From contig JAQOWU010000001.1 of the NCBI GenBank assembly GCA_030867685.1, positions 186,001 to 250,000 on the forward strand: 64,000 nucleotides of DNA, written 5' to 3'. Below are positions 34,071 to 44,068 of this stretch, in pieces; position 1 is the first letter of the stretch, and every line of letters begins with the position of its first letter. Below the pieces are notes generated by a model. That model did not search any database. It was not told the DNA's origin and saw only the letters and a list, made by a program, of their open reading frames with translations. Both the position numbers and the translations under genes were made by a program. Source of the DNA: Wickerhamiella versatilis (taxonomy: Eukaryota).

Positions 34071-35381
34071 CTAGTCTGGTATTCGTGTCTCACAAGATCC
34101 TGCGTTAACCTCGTAACGGACCCATTTTAGTGTTGAATATTTCTCTGATATGCGAAGATGACGAACTAGGAGCCCCGAGCAGGTGGTGGAACTAATTTCA
34201 AACTTGATCTCCGCACTGCTACCCGGCTCAAATTGTGCTGGTGTACTCATGGTAGCCTCGCTGCCGCCCGTCAATCGGCCCAGCCTCCATTCAATCCGGT
34301 TGCTGGCGACCAATTTGGCCCGTCCAGTTGTTACTTTGATCTTTTCATTTTTAGAAGCTCCTGCGGCAACAGAGATCACAACATTCGCAGCGAACAGCCT
34401 ACGGTCTAAAAGACATTGTATTCGTATCGAATCTCGTCTAGAGACTAGGCGAAAAGGCAACTTGATTCCCTGGGTAACGCGATACCTGACCAGCTCTGAT
34501 TCACCCTCTGGCGGAATAAACACAATTGTGCGCATAGAAGTAAATTTAGAGTGATCCACACATTGGTGGAGCCGACAGTCCTCGAGCTTCACAAGGTTCT
34601 GCTGATCATTTCCCGGAACTTGATACGCAATGGGATTACCATCCTCGCGGGACAGTGGGGAGGCTTCGACATCGTTCAATGTCAACTGACATCTAGGCAT
34701 CCCACTGAGCTGAACTTTAGCTCGAATCGCACCATCAACATGGCATGACAAAATCTCACCTTCTGGATCAAGAACGAAACTGAGTTGTTCAAGGATGTCC
34801 ACATAGACCTCATTACGCCTATGACGAATGTCCGGCCGTCGCCACTGTATGGATGATGTAGCTTGGTTGTGATTAGGCTGGCTGTAATTTGGCTGGGTAT
34901 TCGACGACCGTCTTCCTGCAACGGTTGACGCCCTCCTTAGAAGGTTCGTTGCCGCGTTTTGTGCATAATTATTACTATTTTGTGAAAGTGACTGTCGCAG
35001 GACCTCTACCTCAGTAACCTGGGGATACCCGAAGTCTACCATCTCGCCCATAATCTCATATATTTGCGATACGTGACGATAGCAGGAAGTCTCGTCCAGT
35101 TTCCCAAACTGGCTCGTATAGAGCTCAACGAATCTGTAGAGAAACTCATATACAAGTGATGCATCAACGTTGTGCCGCACAATAGCAACAACAAACAATT
35201 CATTGTGTCGAATATACAAAAAGCTTGTTGAACCGATAGTGAAAAGAGGGGATGCCCGGTCAGGGTTCGCGATCACTTCTGCCCGAAACGTATCAGTTAC
35301 GGCTCTTTTCAGTCCATCCTTGTATGCTCGCGATGCTAAAATGTCTCCACGATGTGCGAATATCAAGAGACCAGAGATCAT
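34071..35381 (-). CDS. APM4: AP-2 complex mu subunit
   Basis: MISGLLIF..RGDIL, IGSTSF, DFGYPQ, WRRPDIRHRRNEVYVD, FIPPEGE, KWVRY. Confidence 0.85.
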   Translation of the reverse strand: MISGLLIFAHRGDILASRAYKDGLKRAVTDTFRAEVIANPDRASPLFTIGSTSFLYIRHNELFVVAIVRHNVDASLVYEFLYRFVELYTSQFGKLDETSCYRHVSQIYEIMGEMVDFGYPQVTEVEVLRQSLSQNSNNYAQNAATNLLRRASTVAGRRSSNTQPNYSQPNHNQATSSIQWRRPDIRHRRNEVYVDILEQLSFVLDPEGEILSCHVDGAIRAKVQLSGMPRCQLTLNDVEASPLSREDGNPIAYQVPGNDQQNLVKLEDCRLHQCVDHSKFTSMRTIVFIPPEGESELVRYRVTQGIKLPFRLVSRRDSIRIQCLLDRRLFAANVVISVAAGASKNEKIKVTTGRAKLVASNRIEWRLGRLTGGSEATMSTPAQFEPGSSAEIKFEISSTTCSGLLVRHLRISEKYSTLKWVRYEVNAGSCETRIPD

Positions 35382-35584
35382 AGCATCCCTTGAGTCAGCT
35401 TCGGAGGGGGGGACGGATCGATTACTTAGTAGCTCAAGGCAGCTGAGGTGGAGTGTTCCATATAGACTTTGAGAGTACTAGGCTTGAGCAAGATAGAGTC
35501 AAAAACGCCATGATTTTCTTTTGGTTTGTTAAGGATTAAAACTTGGAATGCATAGCATCATAAATAAATCTATTATCATGTATA

Positions 35585-36304
35585 TTACCACTCAATCTCG
35601 CCTGTTCCAAATGGCTTCAGTGAGTCAAGTTCTCGTACTAAACCGTCGACATTGGACAGATATTTCGAGAGTAGGAGCTGCTTGTCCCGGGTGGTTCGAC
35701 GTTGTACTTCATGTTGAACATCTGGCTTGCGCGTTTCTGGAACTAAGTAGAAAAAAAGGAATTGCAGGATGGCCATCTTGACAGTCTTGGAGGTACTGCT
35801 TCTCTTGAAAGAATCGCACACAATTTTGAGGCCGTTAAGCCGTTCAAATCGCCGAATCACCTCAACCTGACGAACCATCACTGCGAGAAGCGTATTCACG
35901 CAGGCAGTCTGGACATCTGGCGACTTATGACCTATTCCAGCCATTAGATTTTTCAGGTTTGTATCATTATTGAAAACAAGCCTAGAATCCCGGTGGACAA
36001 GACAGATCCCTCTCAGCAGACGAAGGACAACTAATGCGCAGGCAACCTCATCGCTAGACGAGCTCTCTATGACAAAAAAATGCAGATGTGATGCGATTCG
36101 GCCAGCAATGTTCATGGAGAACTGCATTTGGCACTCAAGAAACTTGTCCAGCTCCGGGGTATGGCGGGATCTTTTACGGAGGGTAGACGCACGGTTATGG
36201 GTAGAATCTACGATTATACGTTCTACTTCTGCTGCTGTAGTCATTGTTCTCTTCCTTTCCCGTGCATCCAAGGCAGCGCAACATCGTTGGACGGTAGTTT
36301 CCAT
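35585..36304 (-). CDS. S. pombe Cdc14-like SIN component (not the Cdc14 phosphatase)
   Basis: LRGICLVH..SR, RRFERLNGL, ILQFLFFYLVPE, RTTRDKQLLLSKYLSNVDGLV..L...KPFG. Confidence 0.75.
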   Translation of the reverse strand: METTVQRCCAALDARERKRTMTTAAEVERIIVDSTHNRASTLRKRSRHTPELDKFLECQMQFSMNIAGRIASHLHFFVIESSSSDEVACALVVLRLLRGICLVHRDSRLVFNNDTNLKNLMAGIGHKSPDVQTACVNTLLAVMVRQVEVIRRFERLNGLKIVCDSFKRSSTSKTVKMAILQFLFFYLVPETRKPDVQHEVQRRTTRDKQLLLSKYLSNVDGLVRELDSLKPFGTGEIEW

Positions 36305-36344
36305 CCTGGCGATTGTTTATGAGGTTGGGGTTTTGGGGTGGGCC

Positions 36345-38219
36345 ATGTCACCTAGGCCAGGGACGATTATTCATGCACTGGGCTCGATGAGAGTGGTAGT
36401 CTGTGGGGATGATGGAGTCGGAAAGTCGAGCCTTGTTACTGTACTAATAAAAGATCGGTTTGTTCCGAACATTGAGGATATATTACCTCCTCTGACATTT
36501 CCTCGAGGCAATCAGTCTGTTACTGTCGTCGATACTTCTCCTCAGCTTCGCTCTCGGGATCAACTTTTGAGCGATATTCGTTCAGCATCTGTTATTTGGC
36601 TTGTTTTCAGCGATCAGTATACCATGGAGAGGGTCTCTTTATTCTGGCTGCCTTTTCTGCGTCTTTCTGGTGTCAACCTGCCAGTAATCCTCTGCCAGAA
36701 CAAGTCTGACTTACAGCCAGATGATGTCCATGAGGAGGATGATGAGATATATGCGATGATGCATGAGTTTAAGGAAATCGAGAGCTTCATACGGTGTTCT
36801 GCAAAAGAAAAAGCCAACGTGATAGAAGCGTTCTATTTGTGTGACCGCGCTGTTACCCACCCATTGGCACCGCTTTTCCAGAGTAAGGAAAATGAGCTCA
36901 AGCTTGCTGCAGTAGAGGCCCTCAACCGAATTTTCTTTGTTTGTGATCAGGATCAGACGGGTTTCTTGTCGGATCTAGAGTTATTGCAGCTCCAATTTTT
37001 GTGCTTCCAGACAAGCTTAGAGAGCGAGGAACTAATCCAAATACACGCAGCGCTGAAGGAACGTGGGGAGGGACTCTATGTGGAGGGGCGAGGTGTATCT
37101 CGTGAAGGATTTCTTGCACTAGCTTCGCTCTACTGCGAAAGAGGGCGACATGAGACAATATGGGGCATTCTTCGTAAATTTCATTATACTGACTCCTTAA
37201 GCCTGGATGATAAATTTTTGCACCCGCGGCTGGATGTTCCACCGCGCTCTCATGTTGAGTTAAGTCCTGATGGATATCGATTTTTTGTTGATTTATTTAC
37301 CCTCTTCGATAAAGATAATGATGGTGGTTTGCAACCTAGTGAATTGGAGGCATTATTTGCCCCAGTTTCAGGGCGCCTCCCGCAATTTTGGTATAATCTA
37401 GGGTTCCCTGGCACAACAGTGCGAAACGAACAGGGCTATATAACCCTTCAAGGTTGGCTGGCCCAATGGGCCATGACAGCGTTCTTAGAACCTCGGGTTT
37501 GTTTGGAATACCTCGCACTTTTAGGTTATGGTGCCAGGTCCACGTTGACGGCAGTACGGGTCACCAAGCAAGCGCGCAAGCGCAATCCGAGGTCTCTGGT
37601 ATGGCGCAGCTCCACCGTTCCTGATCGAATGGTATTCAATTGCCTCGTATTGGGCGCCAAGAACTCTGGGAAGACGACTTTACTACAGTCATTTCTGGGT
37701 CAACCTGACGATGGCCAACTCAAGAAAACAGCCGTCAACTCAATCGAAATGCCAGGAGGCAAACAGTGCTACCTAATTCTTCAGAAAGCAGAGACTATCA
37801 ATGACGCTGCTGAGCTGGAGAAATGCGATGTTGTCTGTCTGACATATGATTCGGCTGATCCGGAGAGCTTTTCTCATGTGGTTCAGCTGCGGAATAAATT
37901 TCCTGAGTTAGATGAACTTCCTCTGGTATTCGCTGCTCTGAAGGCGGATTTGGATCGTCAGCAACAGAGATGTGATGAACAACCTGATGAATATACGGCA
38001 AATCTTTTTATCACTGCCCCAATGCATGTATCAGCGGAATGGCCCTCCTCCCTGAATGCTCTTTTTGTTCAACTGGTAGAGGCAGCTCAACGTCCAGGGT
38101 CAGCAACACCTAGACACATGGAAGAAGAAGAGAACGATGAGTCGCTGTGGATCATTGCTGCAGGAATTACTTCAACGCTGGTTATTGCAGGCGTTTTATA
38201 CAGAAGATACACACAGTAG
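36345..38219 (+). CDS. GEM1: Mitochondrial Rho GTPase (Miro)
   Basis: VVCGDDGVGKSSL, EF hands (DQDQTG, DKDNDGGL), second GTPase domain, C-terminal TM. Start is the ATG at 36345 or 36387. Confidence 0.94.
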   Translation: MSPRPGTIIHALGSMRVVVCGDDGVGKSSLVTVLIKDRFVPNIEDILPPLTFPRGNQSVTVVDTSPQLRSRDQLLSDIRSASVIWLVFSDQYTMERVSLFWLPFLRLSGVNLPVILCQNKSDLQPDDVHEEDDEIYAMMHEFKEIESFIRCSAKEKANVIEAFYLCDRAVTHPLAPLFQSKENELKLAAVEALNRIFFVCDQDQTGFLSDLELLQLQFLCFQTSLESEELIQIHAALKERGEGLYVEGRGVSREGFLALASLYCERGRHETIWGILRKFHYTDSLSLDDKFLHPRLDVPPRSHVELSPDGYRFFVDLFTLFDKDNDGGLQPSELEALFAPVSGRLPQFWYNLGFPGTTVRNEQGYITLQGWLAQWAMTAFLEPRVCLEYLALLGYGARSTLTAVRVTKQARKRNPRSLVWRSSTVPDRMVFNCLVLGAKNSGKTTLLQSFLGQPDDGQLKKTAVNSIEMPGGKQCYLILQKAETINDAAELEKCDVVCLTYDSADPESFSHVVQLRNKFPELDELPLVFAALKADLDRQQQRCDEQPDEYTANLFITAPMHVSAEWPSSLNALFVQLVEAAQRPGSATPRHMEEEENDESLWIIAAGITSTLVIAGVLYRRYTQ

Positions 38220-38365
38220 TGCTGGTTATGGGAAAGGCGTCGAATAGCTATACTGATGAGACGTGGAAATTGCTTCTCACGCAATGGATCTTATTTGATT
38301 TGAATTAATTTCGTTGGTTTCAAGTCCCTAAAAGAAAATTAAAATGTGTAATGCATAAATATTTA

Positions 38366-39934
38366 TTATCCACTATGGGCGTTTCCAGAATAGATATTGA
38401 CGAGTAGATTGAAATGCTCACTTAGTTCCTCCGCCAATTTCCCTGGCACGTCACTTAAAAGAGCACTGATAACAAAAAAGTTCGCATGTAAAATTGGCTC
38501 AGGATCACTGGAACCTTTACCCAATTTGGCGACAAATGCCTCGAAGGCAGAGGCCAAGTCTTTAAGCCCCTTGGTGATAGATTCTGAGGAAACAGACTCC
38601 TCTGAGTAGAGTTGTAGAGCACCTGTTAAGAAATTGGCAAAAACCTGGGTCATTGGATGTGGTGTTGTTTCGGATCCTGATCTCTGTGTTGATGGCCTCA
38701 GAGCTGCTTCCTCGATACTACGTGCATTCAATGATAGTAAATTGATTAAAGGTGGTAGTAAAACATCTTTTTGCACTTTCTGCGCCCATTGAGCAATTCC
38801 TGGGGCAATATTGGTTTTCTCATCAAGTTTGCCAAGAAGTCGCATGGCCAATAGGAGACCAAAAATATCTCCCCCTGAACCAGCAGCCTTTGCCCACTTC
38901 TGCACTAACCTATCACAATCATACAAAGCGGGCTGTAAGTGCTCAATTTGGCCTTGCTGTTCTGGTGTAAGAGCAACTTCGAATTCAAGCTCCGCTGCAG
39001 ATTCAAGTGCCAAAAGGAATGTCTGAAGCAGCACCTCAAAGTGCACCCCACCGGAAGGTGCAGTCCACGTCATGGGCAAAGCATCACTTTTGGATAAAAC
39101 AGTAGGTCTTGCGCCTAAATTGAATAAATCGCCTGAGCTGGTTTTCCCGAACAAACCCCAATTAAGGCCAGACGAGCCCAATGTGGGGGGTGCACTATTA
39201 GCTTCTGCAGGGATAGAAGGCTGCCTTCCAAGCCAACGACTATATTTTCCGAAAAGCATACCATAATACCATCGCATTGTATTGACATACGCTTGGCGAA
39301 GTGCCGATGCCAACCTTGGCGTTTCGCGTATGAGGAGCCTTCCAAGCTCTGCATTGTTTATTAAATTTCGCTGCACACTGGCGGAATTACACCCAGGTCT
39401 ACGAAGGCGGCGCAGTTGTAGTACGTACCAGTCACGAGATCTCACCACGGCTCGAGCTTGGAGCTGTACTCTTAGATTACGTGCCTCTTCAGTAGCGATT
39501 GGCGCCAACTCCTCAAGCTCTTTTCCGGGAGACTCTAAGTTTTCAAAGCAGGTTAGTGATGCACGCCATTTTGGACCTATTTCACCATACCATATGTCCT
39601 TTGCTATGGCCGGAGAAACCACCAAGTCTTGGAGGATTGGTCGAATTTCAGATTCTACAGCAGTGCGAGAGGACAGTCTATGATGGATAGTTGAAGATTG
39701 CTGCTCAAGTGTCTCTAGATCATGGCTCATTACTTCAATTTCCTCCTGAAATTTACGGGAACGGCCAGCGATTTCATCGAGAGTTTTGAGTGTCGTAGTT
39801 GTAGTCTGCTCCAAAGACCTCAATATTTCTTCCTGAGGAACGGGCAAATTTTTGCTAATTTGAGGATCAGAGGGTTGCAGGTCTACGATATCCTCTGCTC
39901 GAGCACCCACGAGAGCGCTCACAGCTGCATCCAT
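38366..39934 (-). CDS. VPS52: GARP complex subunit Vps52
   Basis: DLETLEQQS...LSSR..VE..I, DLVVSP, LRQAYVNTMRWYY, PHPMTQVFANFL. Confidence 0.78.
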   Translation of the reverse strand: MDAAVSALVGARAEDIVDLQPSDPQISKNLPVPQEEILRSLEQTTTTTLKTLDEIAGRSRKFQEEIEVMSHDLETLEQQSSTIHHRLSSRTAVESEIRPILQDLVVSPAIAKDIWYGEIGPKWRASLTCFENLESPGKELEELAPIATEEARNLRVQLQARAVVRSRDWYVLQLRRLRRPGCNSASVQRNLINNAELGRLLIRETPRLASALRQAYVNTMRWYYGMLFGKYSRWLGRQPSIPAEANSAPPTLGSSGLNWGLFGKTSSGDLFNLGARPTVLSKSDALPMTWTAPSGGVHFEVLLQTFLLALESAAELEFEVALTPEQQGQIEHLQPALYDCDRLVQKWAKAAGSGGDIFGLLLAMRLLGKLDEKTNIAPGIAQWAQKVQKDVLLPPLINLLSLNARSIEEAALRPSTQRSGSETTPHPMTQVFANFLTGALQLYSEESVSSESITKGLKDLASAFEAFVAKLGKGSSDPEPILHANFFVISALLSDVPGKLAEELSEHFNLLVNIYSGNAHSG

Positions 39935-39939
39935 AACTC

Positions 39940-39947
39940 TGACTCAT
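39940..39947. promoter_or_regulatory. Gcn4/AP-1 site TGACTCAT in the 38-bp VPS52-TRP3 gap
   Basis: Exact consensus about 26 bp upstream of TRP3; TRP genes are established Gcn4 targets. Confidence 0.6.
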
Positions 39948-39972
39948 CCCAGTACTCCGAGAAGACTGAAAA

Positions 39973-41409
39973 ATGCCGAAGGTTGTCCTTATTGACAACT
40001 ACGATAGCTTTACATGGAATTTATATGAATATTTGTGTCGTGATGGAGCAGATGTTATTGTATACAGAAACGACAAAGTGACTATCGCCGCAATAGAGGC
40101 AGATGCGCCTGATATTATTATGATTTCTCCTGGACCAGGCCACCCTGATACAGATTCAGGTATCAGCAAAGACGTTTTCAAACATTTCATGGGGAAATTG
40201 CCTGTTTTCGGTGTTTGCATGGGACTACAGTGTATTGTCTCTGAGATGGGAGGTAGTATTGAGTACGCTGGAGAAATTGTTCACGGAAAGACCTCTGCGA
40301 TCACTCACGATGGCCGTGGTTGTTTTCAGGGATTGAGCCAGCAGCTGAATGTGACAAGATATCATTCTTTGGCTGCAAATATCGTGACCCTGCCAGATGG
40401 CCTGGAAGTCAGTGCGCGGACAAAATCAGGGGTCATTCAGGGTGTGAGGCATAAAAAGTACATTGTGGAGGGAGTTCAGTTCCATCCAGAGTCTATCATG
40501 AGCCAGGAAGGACGCCAAATGCTCCGTAATGTCTTGAATTATCGCGGTGGTGAATGGTCGTCGAATTCAAAATCTCAGCCGGCTCAACAAGACAAGAAGT
40601 CTATTCTGGTAGAAATATATGATCAGCGACGTAAAGATGTTGCCCATCAACAAGGTTTGCCTGGTAAATCTTTTGGTGATTTGAAGAAAAGCCTAGAACT
40701 CGGTTTGGCACCTTCTTTAGTTGATTTTTATGAGCGTGTGTCAACGCCCATGTCTTTGATCGCAGAGATCAAGAGGGCCTCACCATCTAAGGGGATGATT
40801 GGTATGGGGATACATGCTCCTACTCAGGCACAAATATATGCAGATGCTGGGGCTTCCGCAATATCTGTGTTAACTGAACCAACGTGGTTTAAAGGTTCGA
40901 TTGATGATCTTTCAAATGTGAGACGGGCTGTTGATAAGTTTGGAGAACACAGACCTGCAATTCTTCGTAAGGAATTTATATTTTCAACTTATCAAATTGC
41001 AGAAGCTCGACTTGCTGGAGCTGACACAGTCTTACTTATTGTGAAGATGCTCGATGATCAATTATTGAAAGAGCTTTACGACTACTCTGGAACCTTAGGG
41101 ATGGAGCCACTGGTGGAAGTATCCAGTCTTGAAGAGATGAAGCGGGCAGTTGTACTCAAGGCCCGTGTAATTGGGGTAAACAACCGCGATCTTCATAGTT
41201 TCAATGTAGACATGTCAAATACATCGAAACTGGTTGGTCAAGTACCAAATGGAACCATTCTAATTGCCTTAAGTGGGATATATGGAAGGGATCAGGTAAA
41301 AACATATGAAAAAGAAGGGGTACATGCCATCTTAGTGGGCGAGTCTTTAATGCGATCGGCAGATCCCGCACAATTTGTGAAAGAACTCATAGAAAAAGAG
41401 TCGGATTAA
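39973..41409 (+). CDS. TRP3: Anthranilate synthase component II / indole-3-glycerol-phosphate synthase
   Basis: [51 protein letters not shown]; no PRAI domain. Confidence 0.96.
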   Translation: MPKVVLIDNYDSFTWNLYEYLCRDGADVIVYRNDKVTIAAIEADAPDIIMISPGPGHPDTDSGISKDVFKHFMGKLPVFGVCMGLQCIVSEMGGSIEYAGEIVHGKTSAITHDGRGCFQGLSQQLNVTRYHSLAANIVTLPDGLEVSARTKSGVIQGVRHKKYIVEGVQFHPESIMSQEGRQMLRNVLNYRGGEWSSNSKSQPAQQDKKSILVEIYDQRRKDVAHQQGLPGKSFGDLKKSLELGLAPSLVDFYERVSTPMSLIAEIKRASPSKGMIGMGIHAPTQAQIYADAGASAISVLTEPTWFKGSIDDLSNVRRAVDKFGEHRPAILRKEFIFSTYQIAEARLAGADTVLLIVKMLDDQLLKELYDYSGTLGMEPLVEVSSLEEMKRAVVLKARVIGVNNRDLHSFNVDMSNTSKLVGQVPNGTILIALSGIYGRDQVKTYEKEGVHAILVGESLMRSADPAQFVKELIEKESD

Positions 41410-41532
41410 ACTTCATAGAACATTGATTTTGGCCTTTAAATAGTTGAGCCTATCTTTTTAGCTCGCCATAAATTAACAGCTATTAGCATAAGTTGAAAAA
41501 TAATGCAAGGGAAAAAAGCCGCTCCATGAAGA

Positions 41533-42858
41533 TCAGAGTTTGGAGTTGAGCCTTCTCCTCATATCTCTATGCGAGGTTCCCAACCTCCATAGCAAACGAA
41601 AGCCCTTTGACATTTCGTAAGATTTTCCAGTGTCATATGCTGTTAGGGCGCGCGAGAGAATGGCAGATGGGATGACAAAAGACATATCTGGAACGACTTC
41701 ACCACCTTTATCACGCGCATTTGATGACATTAATCCAATCAATTCTCCATTGCTTAGGACTGCACCGCCACTACTTCCATTCCAGCAGCTCGCAGTGCAG
41801 ATAATAATTGCCGGTACAAACTCACCATTTTCATGCGAATACAGCATACGGCTTATGACACCTTCTGACTTTAGTGGCTTAAACCCTGATCTAGGGGGGT
41901 AAAATAAACCAAAACCGATACTCTGCACGGTGGAACCCTCCTTAGGTGGATACGGATTGATTTTCACGGGGTGAGCTGAGAGAGGATCCTTCAAAACCAA
42001 GATAACTAAATCAACGCCTTTCAATGGCTCTTTTACATCAATTACACGGTTCCCTCCTGCATAAATAGGTCCTTTTGCCGCTGACACGACGTGCTTATTC
42101 GTGAGCACAATACGCGGTTTAACAATCACTCCTGAACCCCACATCCGTCTGCCAGATTCCATTATACAATCAACATTAACAATATAGGGACATTCGCACC
42201 TTAAATCACTGCTGTCGTATACCTCAACAGTCTTAGGCATGAATTCTTTTGGGATTGGTAGTTGAGACCACTCAAGTGCAACCATGAGTCGCCCTTCTCC
42301 ATTTGACTTCACAAGTGTGCCTATAATCATTCCGAGAGAGTAGTTATCCACGCATACTTCGCCCCCAGCCATTCCATCAAGATACCTGGCATCCAAGAGA
42401 AGAGCCCCGTTCAACTCTCTGGAAAGAATGCCTGAAGAATTATAGCCAAAGAACAATGCTGGATTGACGGTGCCATATGGCGAACTTTTTAGCCTAACCT
42501 GTGTTCCTTCTGGTACTCCAGAAATTGGAACAAATGGACTAGTTCCAGAGAGGTCAGATATAGGTTCCAGCAACTCCAGCACGACAAGACAAGTGCCAGA
42601 GCTAGGAAGGAGGCTAAATGAAGCACCAAATTCTTTTTCTAGTGGAATCAGCCGGGTCAATTTCTCTATTTGTGTGACAACGGCAAGATCCCACAGGGCA
42701 GTTTTCGAAGTTACTTCAAGGCATACGTCAACACGTTCACCTACAAATAAATTATCTGCAATCATCAGTAACCATTGCTTTTTTCCATCACCGAACCAAA
42801 TTGCACTCCCACACTCCCCCGTTTCTCGCCTCACAATCCCAATCCGATTCCGCGTCAT
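41533..42858 (-). CDS. Peroxisomal trypsin-like serine protease (Tysnd1/Deg15-like)
   Basis: WGSGVIV, LTNKHVV (His), DLVIL (Asp), NGSSGGAV (Ser); degenerate N-terminal repeat GMAGG; C-terminal PTS1 SKL. Confidence 0.75.
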   Translation of the reverse strand: MTRNRIGIVRRETGECGSAIWFGDGKKQWLLMIADNLFVGERVDVCLEVTSKTALWDLAVVTQIEKLTRLIPLEKEFGASFSLLPSSGTCLVVLELLEPISDLSGTSPFVPISGVPEGTQVRLKSSPYGTVNPALFFGYNSSGILSRELNGALLLDARYLDGMAGGEVCVDNYSLGMIIGTLVKSNGEGRLMVALEWSQLPIPKEFMPKTVEVYDSSDLRCECPYIVNVDCIMESGRRMWGSGVIVKPRIVLTNKHVVSAAKGPIYAGGNRVIDVKEPLKGVDLVILVLKDPLSAHPVKINPYPPKEGSTVQSIGFGLFYPPRSGFKPLKSEGVISRMLYSHENGEFVPAIIICTASCWNGSSGGAVLSNGELIGLMSSNARDKGGEVVPDMSFVIPSAILSRALTAYDTGKSYEMSKGFRLLWRLGTSHRDMRRRLNSKL

Positions 42859-42888
42859 CAGCCGTTAGCTCAGCACGAGTAATTCAGC

Positions 42889-43914
42889 ATGGACCTCGGG
42901 GGTATGCTCAATGATGGAACAGCAACGCTTCATAGAGGGTCCGTGGATCATAGAGGGATAAGAACAAAGCCTTTGAAATACGTCAAACCTCCGATTTGGG
43001 CCTTGGTTTGGAATGGTCGCAAGAACAAGATTCATGACGCAAGTATAAGCGAGGTTCGACCAGAATTTCTTGCTGAGCAAGATTCCAGTACCAGTGGGCC
43101 AGGAGAAAATGCGCCGTATAAAATTGGTCCCGGTGGCAACCCCAGTTTGACTGGTTTGGGGCCGAGCCTGAGCGGCGTATTGCCAAAGGACGGCATGGCC
43201 AGCTATATAGCTGGTTGGGCATATGGTCTCATTTCTGAGCTCAACGAGAAAGATCGGAGTCATGTCGAGCTGGAATTTAAATTTGGCAGACTATTGAGCC
43301 GGCAAGGATCGGGGAGGCTTATGCTGCCCATCAGTACGGAGTCTGTTGTTGATCCATCGTACGCGCGTAATTCGACAACTTTTCATTCAGAGGTTGAAGA
43401 GACGGTATTCAAACATCTTGAGGGTATTTTGGATGGTCTTAATGGCCCAGCTATACCTCAGGATTTAGCGCGCACCGAGAGTGTTGGTAGAGACGAGATG
43501 CACGATGGGGATATCCGCGTGAGTTATGATGGAGATAATAAAATTAACGCTGTTATTCACAAGCAGCGTTTGAGTGATTTATTCATAGTCCAGCCACAAT
43601 CGGCAATTGACATGCGAATCACACTTAGTGTGGAGCATCCCGTTGACCTACCAGATCCATTAGGTCCCGCTCGTCATGTAAGGCATAAATCAAGGTTGTC
43701 ATGGACAACTGAAGGCCTTCGTGTTGATTTGACCTCCGTTCATACGGGCCATTTGCGGACCAAGGAAGCTGAGGTGGAAATAGATTCCAAGAAACTCATT
43801 TCAACTTACGAAGAGCAAATGAAGGGCTCGCAAAGCGCTCTGGATAAGTTCATGGAAGTGGTACTATTCGGGCTCGACTCTTGTAGGTTTTTGACCCGAC
43901 AGTTTGGACCTTAA
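42889..43914 (+). CDS. CET1: mRNA-capping RNA 5'-triphosphatase
   Basis: PPIWA motif, ELEFKFG, DMRITLSVE, RHKSRLS, RVDLT, EAEVE. Confidence 0.85.
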   Translation: MDLGGMLNDGTATLHRGSVDHRGIRTKPLKYVKPPIWALVWNGRKNKIHDASISEVRPEFLAEQDSSTSGPGENAPYKIGPGGNPSLTGLGPSLSGVLPKDGMASYIAGWAYGLISELNEKDRSHVELEFKFGRLLSRQGSGRLMLPISTESVVDPSYARNSTTFHSEVEETVFKHLEGILDGLNGPAIPQDLARTESVGRDEMHDGDIRVSYDGDNKINAVIHKQRLSDLFIVQPQSAIDMRITLSVEHPVDLPDPLGPARHVRHKSRLSWTTEGLRVDLTSVHTGHLRTKEAEVEIDSKKLISTYEEQMKGSQSALDKFMEVVLFGLDSCRFLTRQFGP

Positions 43915-44068
43915 ATGGTATAACCTGGAACCCACTCAATGCTGTTTGATCAGCAGTCACCAATCTATGTTAATTCATTAGTTTGGTATTTATGTATTTT
44001 AGCCATCTTACGCTATTCGCCATCCTGTATAATGTGGTTCTGCTAGAAAAAAATTACATAAGCGCTAA

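Noticed and set aside
35970-36344. 125-aa N-terminal extension of GEM1 in the ORF track
   Set aside because: TTG start, antisense to the Cdc14-like gene; Miro homology starts near 36387.
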